Source: Chiloscyllium plagiosum (lineage: Eukaryota). From it: 64,000 nucleotides of DNA. Below, piece by piece: positions 1 through 11,948 of this stretch. A model generated the notes under the pieces. It was not told the origin of the DNA, searched no databases, and saw only the letters and a list, made by a program, of their open reading frames with translations. Made by a program: the position numbers and the translations under genes. Numbering within the stretch: the first letter of the stretch is position 1; every line of letters begins with the position of its first letter. The stretch covers positions 24,672,159 through 24,736,158 of the forward strand of contig NC_057718.1 of NCBI RefSeq assembly GCF_004010195.1, in the 5' to 3' direction.

Positions 1-522
1 TGGAGTATTGTGTACAGTTCTGGTCACTGCATTATAGGAAGGATGTGGAAGCTTTGGAAAGGGTTCAGAGGAGATTTACTAGGATGTTGCCTGGTATGGA
101 GGGAAGGTCTTACAAGGAAAGGTTGAGGGAATTGAGGCTGTTTTCATTAGCGAGAAGAAGGTTGAGTGGCGATTTAATTGAGACATATAAGATAATCAGA
201 GGGTTAGATAGGGTGGACAGTGGGACCCTTTTCCCTCAGATGGTGAGGGTGAGCACAAGGGGACATAGCTTTAAATTGAGTGGTGATAGATATAGGACAG
301 ATGTCAGAGGTAGTTTCTTTACTCAAGAGTAGTCGGATTATGGAATGTACTGCCTGCAACAGTAGTAGACTCGTCAACTTTAAGGGTGTTTCAAGGGTCA
401 TTGGATAGGCATATGGAAGAGAATGGAATAGTGTAGGTTAGATGGGCTTCAGATTGTTTCCACAGGTCGGTGCAACATCGAGGGTCAATGTGCACTTTAA
501 TGTTCTATGTCCTATGTTCTAT
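1..522 (+). mobile_element. CR1-clade LINE 3' end
   Basis: ORF 45-332 ALERVQRRFTRMLPG...TRGHSFKL is a CR1 ORF2 C-terminus; ends in a (TTCTATG)n tail. Confidence 0.93.
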
Positions 523-2198
523 CTCAGCCAGTGAGGGATTTGAACTCATGTTGTTGTTGTGTGCATCGTAAACCAGCCAACCCAGTGCAGCTCAACATCT
601 GAAAACAACACAAATGAGAGACCACTACAAATATAGGGATTAATTTTCCCAGGTGGGTCACCATCCTGCTGTCGGCTCCTCAGTTAATAAGTCACCCCCT
701 GGAGCCCCACTCAATTAAGAATAGCGGCAGACCAGAGAAATAGATGATCCAATCGGAAGGTCTGCAGCAATTCTGGGCTGGCAGTGCCACAATGAGAGAT
801 GCGTGCTGCTCAGGCAGCAAGGAGACCACGACAGCACCTGAAAGTAGAGGATCTCCTCCACAGTGCGGTTGAGGCCGAGGCTTTGGCCATTGCAGTCCAC
901 TCACTGCATCAGTAACTGCCACCAGGTGGCTGCCTCCTGTTGCATGCTGTCCCCCACCTTCAATGGGGGGCCCACTCGCAATCAGGAATTTGCTGACAGT
1001 GCCATCAACTTTACCAAATGGGACATTGGTGGGCCTAAATTGCTTAGCCTTCAAATGGAACTTGGCTCCATCTCCGAGGTACTGAGAAAATTTAGCTCAT
1101 TTTCGGCCTGGGAAGCACAGTTCAAATATAACTTGAAAATATCTGGATCACTGATAGGTCCAGTTTGATGCCATAGATAATCTCTCCTGCTGTAATCTAC
1201 ATAAATGGTGGTGGGGAGGGGGAGGGGGGGGGGGTTGGTGGTGCTGATTTGACCACATTCAATAGTTCTGGGTGGAAACTGGTCTGCAGACCAAGGAAAG
1301 ACTATCACTTACAGAGAATAAGGTTTAAGTTACCAGCACCTTTAGTCTCCCTGAATGGAGACGGGATATGTTCTAACTGGCTGGCAGGTTTCCAAATATA
1401 GCAGAACGATCTGACAGTGTTTGCGGCAGCAGCCAGAGGTGGAAACTATCAAACATAACTGATGACAATTCTGGAGGAAAAGAATAAATAATGAATTGCT
1501 CGTTGACAGCTGGTGGCACTGTGTCAGGGCGATGAAATGTTCCGTGAACACAAGCCTGCTGAGAATCGAACCACTGGGCAAACCTTGCTTCACAACTGGT
1601 TTCGCTCCAGGGTAACATGGAAGTGGAAAGATTACTCGCTGCAACAAACAGAATGAAAAACGACGGGCAGAAATCGGCTGAAAATAGAAACTTTAAATGC
1701 TTTGCTGCATTGCAATCTTGAATAAGAGTTCAGCTGTTTCCATTTCAAGATTACCAAACACCACGTTACCTTTATATCAACCTAATGAGAACTAAAGCAG
1801 GTTCTCTGAAAGCTACTGGAGAAACTACTTGCATAATAAATAGCATTTTGTTGGAAAAGGAGATGTGTCAAAGGTTTTTGCCTTTTTGTCCCAAATAGGT
1901 GGCACTGCCATGTGATCCTTTCTAGTTCGTGTTCATGTGAACATTTTAAAACACTTTTATGACAAATGTGTCAACAATGGAATAACTCCAACTTGGCCAC
2001 CATCTACAGGTTAGACATCCTGATTTCACCTGTCCATATACTGGAATCATCTGAATAGCAGGCACTTTTGAAATAGCTGATGGCCTAGTTTCAGGGTCTG
2101 TTTTAGGTTCCGGGTCTGTATCAGTTTCAGGGTTTGCTTCAGGTTCAAGGGTCTGTTTTAGGTTAAAGGTTCAGTGTCTGTATCTGTTTATGAGTCTG

Positions 2199-3841
2199 AA
2201 ACAGATATTGTGTGTCCTTGATAGGTATGTCCCTGTTAGCCAGGGAGGAAGTGATAAGGTAAGGGAACCATGGTTTATTAAAGAAATTGCATCTCTTGTT
2301 AAGCAGGAGAAGGAGGCTTATGTGTTGATGAGGCAAGATGGTTCAGATAAGGTGATGGAGAGTTACAGATCAGCTAGGAAGGATTTAAAGAGAGAGTTAA
2401 GAAGAGCAAAGAGAGGACATGNNNNNNNNNNNNNNNNNNNNNNNNNNNNNNNNNNNNNNNNNNNNNNNNNNNNNNNNNNNNNNNNNNNNNNNNNNNNNNN
2501 NNNNNNNNNNNNNNNNNNNNNNNNNNNNNNNNNNNNNNNNNNNNGTTTTGGAAAGGATTGTAAGAGATAAGATTTATAATCATCTAGCAAGCAACAATTT
2601 GATTTCAGATAGTCAACATGGTTTTGTTAAGGGCAGGTCGTGTCTCACAAACCTCATTGAGTTTTTTGAGAAGGTGACCCAAACATGTAGATGAGGGTAG
2701 GGCAGTTGATGTGGTATACATGGACTTCAGTAAAGCCATTGATAAGGTTCCACACAGTAGGCTGTTGGAGAAAATGCAGAGGCATGGAATTGAGGGTGAT
2801 TTCGCAGTTTGGATTCGAAACTGGCTTTCTGAAAGAAGCCAGCGAGTGGTGGTTGATGGAAAATATTCAACTTGGAATCCGGTTACTGGTGGTGTGCCAC
2901 AAGTTTTGGGACCACTGCTGTTTGTCATTTTTATAAATGACTTAGATGCAGGCACAGGTGGATGGATTAGTAAATTTTCAGATGAAACTAATGTCAGTGG
3001 AGTAATGGACAGTGTGGAAGAATGTTACAGGTTGCAGGGGGACTTGGATAAACTGCAGAATTGGGCTGAGAGGTGGCAAATGGAGTTCAATGCAGCTAAA
3101 TGTGAGGTGATTCACTTTGGAAAGAATAACAGGAATGCAGAGTACTGGGGTCAACAGAAAGATTCTTGGTAGTGTGGATGTGCAGAGGGATCTTGGAGTC
3201 CATGTACATGGATACCTGAAAGTTACCACCCAGGTTGCTAGTGCTGTTAAGAAGGCATACGTTGTGTTAGGTTTCATTGGTAGAGGGAATGAGTTCCAGA
3301 ACTGCAATGCCATGCTGCAACTACACAAAACGCTAGTGTGACCGCACTTGGAATATTATGTACAGTTCTGGTCGCCCCATTACAGGAAGGATGTGGAGGA
3401 AAATGGAAAAGGTACAGATGAGATTTACCAGAACATTGCCTGGTCTGGAGGGAAGCTCTTATGAGGAAAGGCTGAGAGATTTGGGTCTGTTCTCAATGGA
3501 AAGAAGAAGGCTAAGAGGGGATTTGATAGAGACATACAAGATGATCAGAGGATTAGATAGGGTAGACAGTGAAAGTCATTTTCCTCGGATGTACGAGGGG
3601 GCATAACTACAAATTGAGGGGTGATAGATTTAAGACAGACGTTAGAGGCAGGTTCTTTACTCAGAGAGTGGTAAGGGCATGGAATGCCCTTCCTACCAAT
3701 GAAGTTAACTCAGCCACATTAGGGAGATTTAAACAATCCTTGGATAAGCACTTGGATGATGATGAAATAGTGTAGTGTTCACAGGTCGGCGCAACATTGA
3801 GGGCCGAAGCGCCTATTCTGCACTGTATTGTTCTATGTTCT
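2199..3841 (+). mobile_element. CR1 LINE, 5'-truncated, frameshifted RT; assembly gap 2422-2543
   Basis: QHGFVKGRSCLTNL, VYMDFSKAIDKVPH, GVPQVLGPLLFVIFINDL motifs; (TTCTATG)n tail. Confidence 0.95.
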
Positions 3842-3966
3842 TTGCATTAATATCATGGTCTATTTTAGGTTCAGCGCCTGTATCAGTTTTAGGTTCCACA
3901 TTCTGTTTTAGTTTCAGGGTCCGCATTCATATTAAGGCCTGTTTTATAATCATAGACTTTATTAGC

Positions 3967-5480
3967 TGAAAGAGCTGCGGATTCTGGAAATCAGAAACAA
4001 AAATAGAAATTACTGGAAAAGCTCAGCAGATCTGGCAACATCTGTGGAGAGGAATCAGAGTTAATGTTCTAGGTCCAGCCATCCTTACTCAGAACTGACG
4101 ATAGCTTGGAAATAGTTGTTTTTTATGCAGAAGTTAGGTTGGAGCGAGGGATAGGGAGTAAATGGTTGGACTCTATCTTTAGGTGGAGATATAGCCCAAA
4201 GAGAGAGCAGAACAGTTGGACAGACACAAGAGTGGAAAAGAATCAACTTAGGAGAATGAATAGCTACTAATAGGGACTATCAGTGGCTAACAATGTGGTA
4301 AAGACATGGAAGAACGTGCCTCATGCCATAATATTGTTGAATTTGATATTGAGTCCTGAAGGCTGTGGTTCCCAAGTGAAAAATGAGGTACTATTCTTCC
4401 AGCTTGTACTGAGCTTCACTGGAGCACTGTAGCAAGCCTGACACAGAGATGTTGTCCAGTGAAAGTGCGTTTGGGACCTTGGATACTGAAGAGGGAGGAA
4501 GTATAGGCAGGTGTTACACCTTCTGCGGTTGCAGGGGAAGGTTCCCTGGAGTTGTGGAGGGTATTGGGAGTGAAGGACGAGTGGACCAGAGTAGCCCAGA
4601 GGAAACAGTGGAAGGTTAACAAGGGTTGGGAGGGGAATGTCTGTCTAGTGGTGGTATCCCACTGGAGGTGGCAGAAATGGCTGCTAATAATCTTCTGGAT
4701 GTAGGTGCTGGTGGGATGATACGTAAGGACAAGGGGGACCCTAATGCTGTTGTGGGAGGGAAAAGAGGGGATGAAGTGCGAGAGATGGGTCGGAGCCAGT
4801 TGAGGGCCCTGTCAACTACAGTGTGAGGGAATCCTCGGTTGAGGAAGAAGGTGGACATTTCGGAGGCTCCCTTGTCGAAGTTGGCATCATCAGAACGGAT
4901 GCAACGGAGATGGAGGAACTGGGACAATGAAATAGAGTCTTTACAGGAAGCAGGGTGTGAGGATGTAGAGAAAAGGTAACTATGGGAATCGGTTGGTTTG
5001 TAGTGGATATTGGTGGCTGGTTTACCCCAAAAGTGGAAACAGAGATGTTGCAGAGAGGAAGGGAAGAGTCAGAGATGGACCAGATGAAGGTGAGAGCGGG
5101 GTGGAAATTGGAAGCAAAATTGATAAACGTTTCCAATTCCGGATGAGAAAGGGAATTAGCATCAATGATATCACTTGAAGAAAGTGAGAGGAGTTAAAAG
5201 AGAAGTTATTCAGAGTGAGGACTGGTTTGGCCAGGCAGAGGAGGGTGGTGGTGGATGGGAACAGTTCAGGCCTTTTTATTCCCAGCTGAAAGCCCTGAGA
5301 CCACTCTGATGTTGAGTGGATATGTAAAGGCATGGCATGCCCATGGTAAACTGGTGCCCGCAAATGGGAGATTCTGAAACTGACATAATGCGTTTGAGGA
5401 TTGGGAGAAAAAAATGGAGTTGAGGCAGGAAACGATGAGTTCTGTGGGGCATGAGCAGGCAGAAACAATGGCGGGGGAGG
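3967..5480 (-). mobile_element. Penelope-like element fragment (RT/GIY-YIG) with pLTR
   Basis: VLTLNNFSFNSSHFLQ, FINFASNFHPALTF, SQFLHLRCIRSDD...FFLNRGFP; pLTR-like gctgcggattctggaaatcagaaac at left end. Confidence 0.85.
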
Positions 5481-5486
5481 GCATTG

Positions 5487-6605
5487 TAAAGCTGGAAGAG
5501 CATACCAAATAGCATCTGAGGAGCAGGAAAGTCAACGTTTCGGATTGAAACCCTCCATCAGGATGGCGGTTGGGGTGGGGGTATGTGAGGTGGTTGGCAG
5601 GGAGCCCAGTAGCATGTGGGGAGGGCTGTGGGGCAGGAGGGTAGGTAAGATGGTGATAGGTGGATGCAGGTAGGGGTTTATTGCGATTGGTCAGTGGGAG
5701 GGGTGTAGCAAATAGGTGAGTAGGAAGATGGACAGGTTAGAACAGGTCAGGGAGGCAGGGAGAAGGAGCTAGACATGGGATAAAGCTGGGGAGGAGGGAC
5801 TTTGAAGCTGGTGAAGTCAATATTGAGGCCATTGGACTGTAAGGTTCCCAAGCTAAGTATGAGATGTTGTTCCTCCAGTTTATATTTGGCCTCACTCTGA
5901 CAGTGGAGAAGGCCAAGGATGGACATGTCACCAGGGGATTCGTGGAGGAATTAAAATGGATGGCAACTAGAAGGTCGGGTTGGTTGATGCGTGCAGAGTG
6001 CAGATGCTCCACGAACTGGTCCCTGATCACATCAGGAGCAAGGGATGCAGTAGAGAAGGTTAGATGATGTGCAGGTGAATCTCTGTCGAATCTGCAAGGA
6101 TTGTTTAAGGCTTTGGACGGAGGGTAGAGGGGGGGGGGGGGGGCAGCTCTTGCACCTCTTGTGGTTGCAAAGAAAGGTACTGGGTGTAGTGGAGAAGTCC
6201 CTGAGGAAAGCAGACAGAGGTGGGAAAGGAAATATCTTTTTGATGCTGGGGTCTGATTATCGGTGGTGGAAATGTCAGAGAATGATGCATTGGATTCAGA
6301 GGTTGATGGGGTGGCATGTAAGGAATAAAGGAATTCCATTCTTATTGTTGTTGTGGGGAGTGGGTTTGAGGGCAGAAGTGCATGAGATGGAGGAGATGTA
6401 GTTGAGGGCATCCTTAATTACTGAGAAGGAGAAACTACGGTCCCTAAAGTAGGAGGACATCTGGGATGCCCTGAAGTGGAACGCCACATCTTGGGAGCAG
6501 ATGCAGCGGAGGCAGAGATATTGGAAGCATGGGATAGCATTTTTGCTGGATCCCCATCTCACCATTCCAACCTATCCCTCCGTGAATTGACTGCACTCTG
6601 TCACT
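5487..6605 (-). mobile_element. Second Penelope-like element fragment (GIY-YIG end plus pLTR)
   Basis: FVEHLHSARINQPDLLVAIHFNS, QYLCLRCICSQD; degenerate hammerhead motif near 5533-5562. Confidence 0.85.
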
Positions 6606-7648
6606 TTGGTGGTAATCTTAGTTCCAATCTTTCACCACCAGGCTTGAAAGTTTGGAGCTAAAGTAACTTGAAAGAGACGCCGTTTTTTTTCCTCCCTTTC
6701 ACTTGTCATGCCCACGGTAGATATATCTTACACTGATGAATAAATAACTGTGAATAAGCATCTTTTTTATGCAACGACTTCAGTAAACTGGATCTATGGT
6801 TTCAATGTACGTCAAAAATAAATTTCAATTCCAGTAAAAAAATCGTTAAATTAGAGACCTCAGTGGGTTTGCTTCCTGCCCGAGAACCTGAATCTGAATT
6901 ATGCTGAGTTTTATGAGTCAAATGCAAATTTTCTTTGACGCTTGTAAAGATCTTACATGAAATCAGCTTTGCCAGTCTAAATTCAGTCACAAATAAGCTT
7001 GGCAGAGCTGCTTTTACTTTGGTATGAAGGGCTATAAATTCAGTATCTAATCAGGCATGAACTGGCCTGCTAAGTTCTCATTTTGCTGGGCACATGCCCC
7101 TTTCTGGCTGGAGGCCTGTCACCTCTCATGTTGGTACAGAGAGAAAAAACATTTTCAACTGGTTCTAGGAAGAAACCTTTTAAAATCTATTTGTCCTCTA
7201 AAGCATCTCTTCTCCTTTAGCCCTTATTATCATTTTATGCTGCAACAATCACTTATTCATAAAGTTATGGTTAATGTGAAGCTCAGCTTCAAATTTTAAT
7301 TTGGATTCATTACTCCTTGAGATTAACTCTGTAATTTCACATTAAAAGCTGATGTAAGTGCATAACTTTTCTGTCAAAAAATGCCCTCAATCAATTATTA
7401 AAAACTCTGCTATGTCAGATTACCATCGGTGCTGGGCAGCATGCAGTAAACCAGATTCTGAGGAACAGATCATATAAACTTGCAGATGATGCTAGGTGGC
7501 ATTCCCGGAGAGGACTATGATGGATTGAGGGAATGGAGGGATTTGGGTGAAAGCAACAATTATGAAATCCGTGTATTGGGACACAGGGTATTTGTGGATT
7601 TTAGATAGGACAAGGACAATAATGACTTGGTGTTGAAAAGAATTGCAT

Positions 7649-8865
7649 TGTTGTGGACCCAGACCTGGCCCCCTCAACATTTTTTACAAAGGTAGCCTTG
7701 ATCCTAACTTTTTCTTATTTTAAAGGCAAATTTAAAGTGCTGTGTTCCAGATTCATTTCAACTAGTCAAACTGCTCAACATTAAGCAGAACAAAATTTAT
7801 TAAAACACTATTGTGAAAATACAACAAAAGAAAGAAGAACTGAGAATAGCTTAACTCTATTGGAAAACTTAACACAATAATAGATACAGTAATTATTATT
7901 AACTAACTTCCACAGAACATAGAACAATACAGCGCAGAACAGGTCCTTCGGCCCTCGATGTTGTGCCAACCAGTGAACTATTCTCAGCTTCTCCCCCTAC
8001 ACTATCCCAAAATCATCCATGTGCTTATCTAAGGATTGTTTAAATCTCCCTAATGTGACTGAGTTGACTACATTGGCAGGTAGGGCATTCCACGCCCTTA
8101 CCACTCTCTGAGTAAAGAACCTGCCTCTGACATCTGTCTTAAATCTATCACCCCTCAGTTTGTAGTTATGCCCCCTCGTACACACTGACGTCATCATCCT
8201 AGGAAAAAGGCTTTCACTGTCTACCCTATGTAATCTACTGATCATCTTGTATGTCTCTATCAAATTTCCTCTTAGCCTTCTTTCCAATGAGAACAGACCC
8301 AAGTCTCTCAGCCTTTCCTCATAAGACCTTCCCTCCAGACCAAGCAACATTCTCATAAATCTCCTCTGCACCTTTTCCAATGCTTCAACATCCTTCACGA
8401 AATATGGTGACCAGAACTGTACACAATATTCCAAGTGCAGCCACACTAGTGTTTTGTGTAGTTGCAGCATGATATTGTGGCTCCAATATAGTAAAATTCC
8501 ATAAATACCCCCATTGGCAAAAAGAAAAATTCAGAAAACAGACTTTCTCACTTGCAACACCTGCAATAGGAAGAGAAACCCCAGCTTCTAGCTGTAGCCA
8601 AAACGAGGGGAAAATATATCTTCCATCTCTCCAAGACTCCAGCAGCTTCTGCTGAATCTAAAAGCTAAGAAAAAAAACTAGAAATCCTGGTCTGTGAGAG
8701 CTGGCCACACCTGTCCAGGCTGCTCCAGTTGTTCCAAATTCAAACAAAAACCAAGGCATCACGAGCTGTTCACGTTACCACAGACTGCTCTGCACCTCTC
8801 ATTCAATCTGTCTCTTAAAAGAAACCAGGTCAAAATCTACCTCTTAAAGTCACAGCATTGTCATA
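7649..8865. mobile_element. Solo LTR (probably Gypsy-type) interrupted by a CR1 insertion
   Basis: Starts TGTTGTGG after GCAT (7645-7648); ends GTCACA followed by GCAT (8855-8858), or alternatively TGTCATA at 8865; resembles 22547-23288 and 11650-11822. Confidence 0.6.
7912..8486 (-). mobile_element. CR1 LINE 3' end nested in LTR
   Basis: ORF 7997-8470 HLEYCVQFWSPY...TRGHNYKL; tail reads agaacatagaac on + strand. Confidence 0.95.
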
Positions 8866-9104
8866 GCACTGAAGAGTTGTGCATCAGCTGAAGTTAGTGA
8901 TGAGTGAAATGTGAAAGAGTGGAACAGCAATGTTTCAGAAATCACATTGGGAACAATGGAAAGTGATACAATTGGAAATTACTTCCAATACATAGTCGTC
9001 AACATTAGGAATTGAATTTTGTTAGAAAGCAACTAAAACCATGGTGATGAATCCATTTTAAAAAGACACACACGATAACCAGTTAAGAATACATTTGTCT
9101 GTAA

Positions 9105-9830
9105 AGGTATTCCCAGCTTGTAGCCAATCTGATTCACTCCACATGATATCAAACGTTGGCTGAAGGTACTGGATACAGCAAAAGCTATGGGCTGTGGCTA
9201 TATGCTGATAATAGTCTTAGAGACTTGAGGCCAGAAAAAGCCAAGGTGTTCCAGTACAGATACAACATTGGCATCTACCTGACAATGTGGAAAATATCAC
9301 GAGTGTGGCCAGTACACAAAATGTAGGACAAATCCAACCTGGCAATTACCAACACATCAGTCTACTCTCAGTCAGGGTGAACATGATTGAAGATATTCCT
9401 ATCAAGTGGCATTTACTCATTTTAGCTTTGATCCAAAAATGGACAAGAGAGCTAAACTCAACAGGAGTGAGGGTGACCAAGAGGAGCATCAGTAAGAATG
9501 AAGCGGAAAACGTTCAGATGGTTAGAGTTAATCATAGCACAAAATACACCAAATGCATTTTTGTATGTAAATCATTTCAACCGCAGGATATCTAGCAGGA
9601 ATTCCTTAGTGTCCTAGAACCAACCACCTTCAGCTGTTTCAATAACCTTCCTGCACTTTAAGGTCAGAAGTGGGATGTTCACCAATGATTGCACAATATT
9701 CAGCACCATCATGACTCCTCAGATACTGAAGCAGTTTGTATTCAAATGCTGCAAGACATGGACATCATTCAGACTTGGGCTGTTAAGTAACATGTTATAA
9801 TTCATGCCATATATGAACCAAACATCTTCT
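9105..9830 (+). mobile_element. Decayed LINE RT fragment, same family as 34950-38313
   Basis: ggcatctacctgacaatgtggaaaat..., NYQHISLLS, LIQKWTRELNS; co-linear with the minus-strand copy. Confidence 0.75.
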
Positions 9831-9850
9831 CCAAAATAGAATCCTACTAT

Positions 9851-10066
9851 CAGGTATATCTGGTGTAATACATGTTTTGTCAACACGAATTGGCTACAAC
9901 ATGATTGATGAATAGTGGATGCTGTTTGGATAGCTTGAGCTTTTTACTGCAGAGGTATAGTGATTTTTTATAGCAATCTTCTGCAGCATGATTTTCTACA
10001 GCGCAATTTCATCTAGCACGCGGTTGCAGAGAAATGTAACCATCGTGTTATACCAGAAATACAGTC
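9851..10066. mobile_element. Old MITE-like element with imperfect terminal inverted repeats (Tc1/mariner-Tigger-like)
   Basis: caggtatatctggtgtaatac at left versus reverse complement of right end ctgtatttctggtataacac. Confidence 0.45.
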
Positions 10067-10722
10067 GGTTGCTGTAAAGTTAGTGGGATGGACAGTTGTT
10101 GGGGTGCACAGTCAATATTGTACAGAGTGGTTGGAGTATACAGTGGATGGCATGTCTGTTATAGGCCATTTGGCACCCACTGAAGTTGAAATTCACTGTT
10201 CACTGCACCATCCCTAAATCTCTTTGTTTCTCTGTACATTCAAGAACTATTCACACTGTGCCTACATTGTTGGCATTCATCAACTACTTCACATCTGTCT
10301 GAATGAAATGAACTATATATTTTATTTACTGGCTCACCTTGCTAATCATATGCCTCCTTGCATTTTTCTGCATTGATTAAACTCTTGGTAGGATACATGC
10401 CAACTTATTACTTTTGCATAAACAATATTCAAAAGGCAATCTATCGAAATGGTGCACACAAGTTTTCAAATGATATTCATGATTTAACTCTAGCAAAAGA
10501 AACAGACCCTTTATTTGACCTTATGCATTTGTTATCTTTCAATTTTTCTCTCTTGGCTTGACTTTAATTCCCGGGTGGGAATACAACAGGCATGTACAAA
10601 TAACAACTGTCAGAGAATTACAGCAGGAAGCTCAGCAGATTTTAAAGGCAGGGTCACCTTAACGTATCACTTGATACTTTTCTAACCAAAATAGCTGAGA
10701 GGTGGCCAGGAAACGGACGACA

Positions 10723-10752
10723 AAGAGAGAGAGAGAGAGACAGATAGACAGA
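10723..10752. repeat. (GA)n/(GACA)n microsatellite
   Basis: Seen directly. Confidence 0.9.
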
Positions 10753-11174
10753 AAAGGAGAAGGATGCAGACCAGACTTCTGTTACTGTTAGGGAAGGTTA
10801 AAAGTAACATTGAAGTAGTGTGGCAACCTAAGAGGTAATATTGGAGACAGAGAGAATATCAAGGAACTGACAATACTAGGAGAGACAGTCAGCACCAAAG
10901 CAGGGAACAGGCAGCCAATCAGTGGGATTGATATCGAGGGTAATAAAGTGTAATTTAGCGTTATCGTACAGTAGGTGAATGTATAAAATTTGATAAGTAA
11001 GTTTGATGAAATGCTGGTGCAGATAGCTTTGTGGAAATATGATGTTGTAACTTTAAATCAAGGGCAGAACAATCTTTGTCACAATACTGTACTAATGATC
11101 TAGATAACTAAAGGTCTCAAAAAAGGAATGAAATGAATGGACTACCTGGCATCAATTGAGGCAATGGAAAAACT

Positions 11175-11645
11175 TTAGAAAATCAGTCAACTTTGAAAAG
11201 TCCTCCTTCCTCATATCTGAGGGTTAGTGCCGAAATTGGGAGAGACTGAGGGAGTCATGCTTCACAAACAATGTCCCAGACACCACCATAACCATCTCTG
11301 GTTATGTTCCATCTCACCAGCTGGAGGGATCCTGCAGATGTAGTGATATACAGTTGGGAAGGAGCTGCTCTGGGAGCCCTCAACATTGACCCAGAACTTC
11401 ACAACATCTCAAGTTATCAGGTTAAACATGGAACAACTAAATCTCTTACTGATCACTTTGTAACTGAACCCTCACACCTGGCGATGAATCAGTTCTCCTC
11501 TATGTTGAATACCATTTAGAGGAAGCACTCAGGGTGACAAGGGAGCCAAATATATAGTGGGGACTTGTATGTATGCCACCAAGAGTGGCTCAGCAGCAAC
11601 ATCACTGATCAAGATGGTTGAATCCCAAAGGACACAGCTGCTAGG
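11175..11645 (+). mobile_element. LINE endonuclease-region fragment, same family as 34950-38313
   Basis: caatgtcccagacaccaccataaccatc matches the reverse complement of ~37470-37505. Confidence 0.7.
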
Positions 11646-11649
11646 CTTG

Positions 11650-11822
11650 ATTTTAAATCACTTAATTTTAAATAAAACAGAATTTATTTACATACGAAGA
11701 GAGGAGAACAGAATATAGAATAACATAACTTATTTGAAAACCCAATTGACTCTATTGCAACTTAATGATATTGTTCCAAATAACTGCAAAATCCCCATAA
11801 ACAACCCCTTAGTAAAAAAGGT
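11650..11822. mobile_element. LTR fragment related to 7649-8865
   Basis: Shares aacagaatttattt...tgttccaaat...ccataaacaacccc with that LTR. Confidence 0.45.
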
Positions 11823-11872
11823 GGTAACATTTTTCACTTACAATTAACCTGTTCAGAGATGCTATTGCCTAT

Positions 11873-11948
11873 CTCCGGAGCAGGTAGGACTTAAACCCAG
11901 ACCACCCTTCTAAGAGGTAGGGACATCACCACTCTGCCACAGAAGCCC
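11873..11948 (-). mobile_element. tRNA-derived SINE head fragment
   Basis: Minus strand has A-box-like gtggcagagtggtg and B-box-like gggtttaagtcc. Confidence 0.55.

Noticed and set aside
858..900. CACAGTG heptamer suggesting a V(D)J recombination signal
   Set aside because: No nonamer at 12- or 23-bp spacing and no V/J segments seen
640..1290. GC-richer segment with several 60-120-aa ORFs
   Set aside because: No recognisable protein; probably an old unclassified repeat
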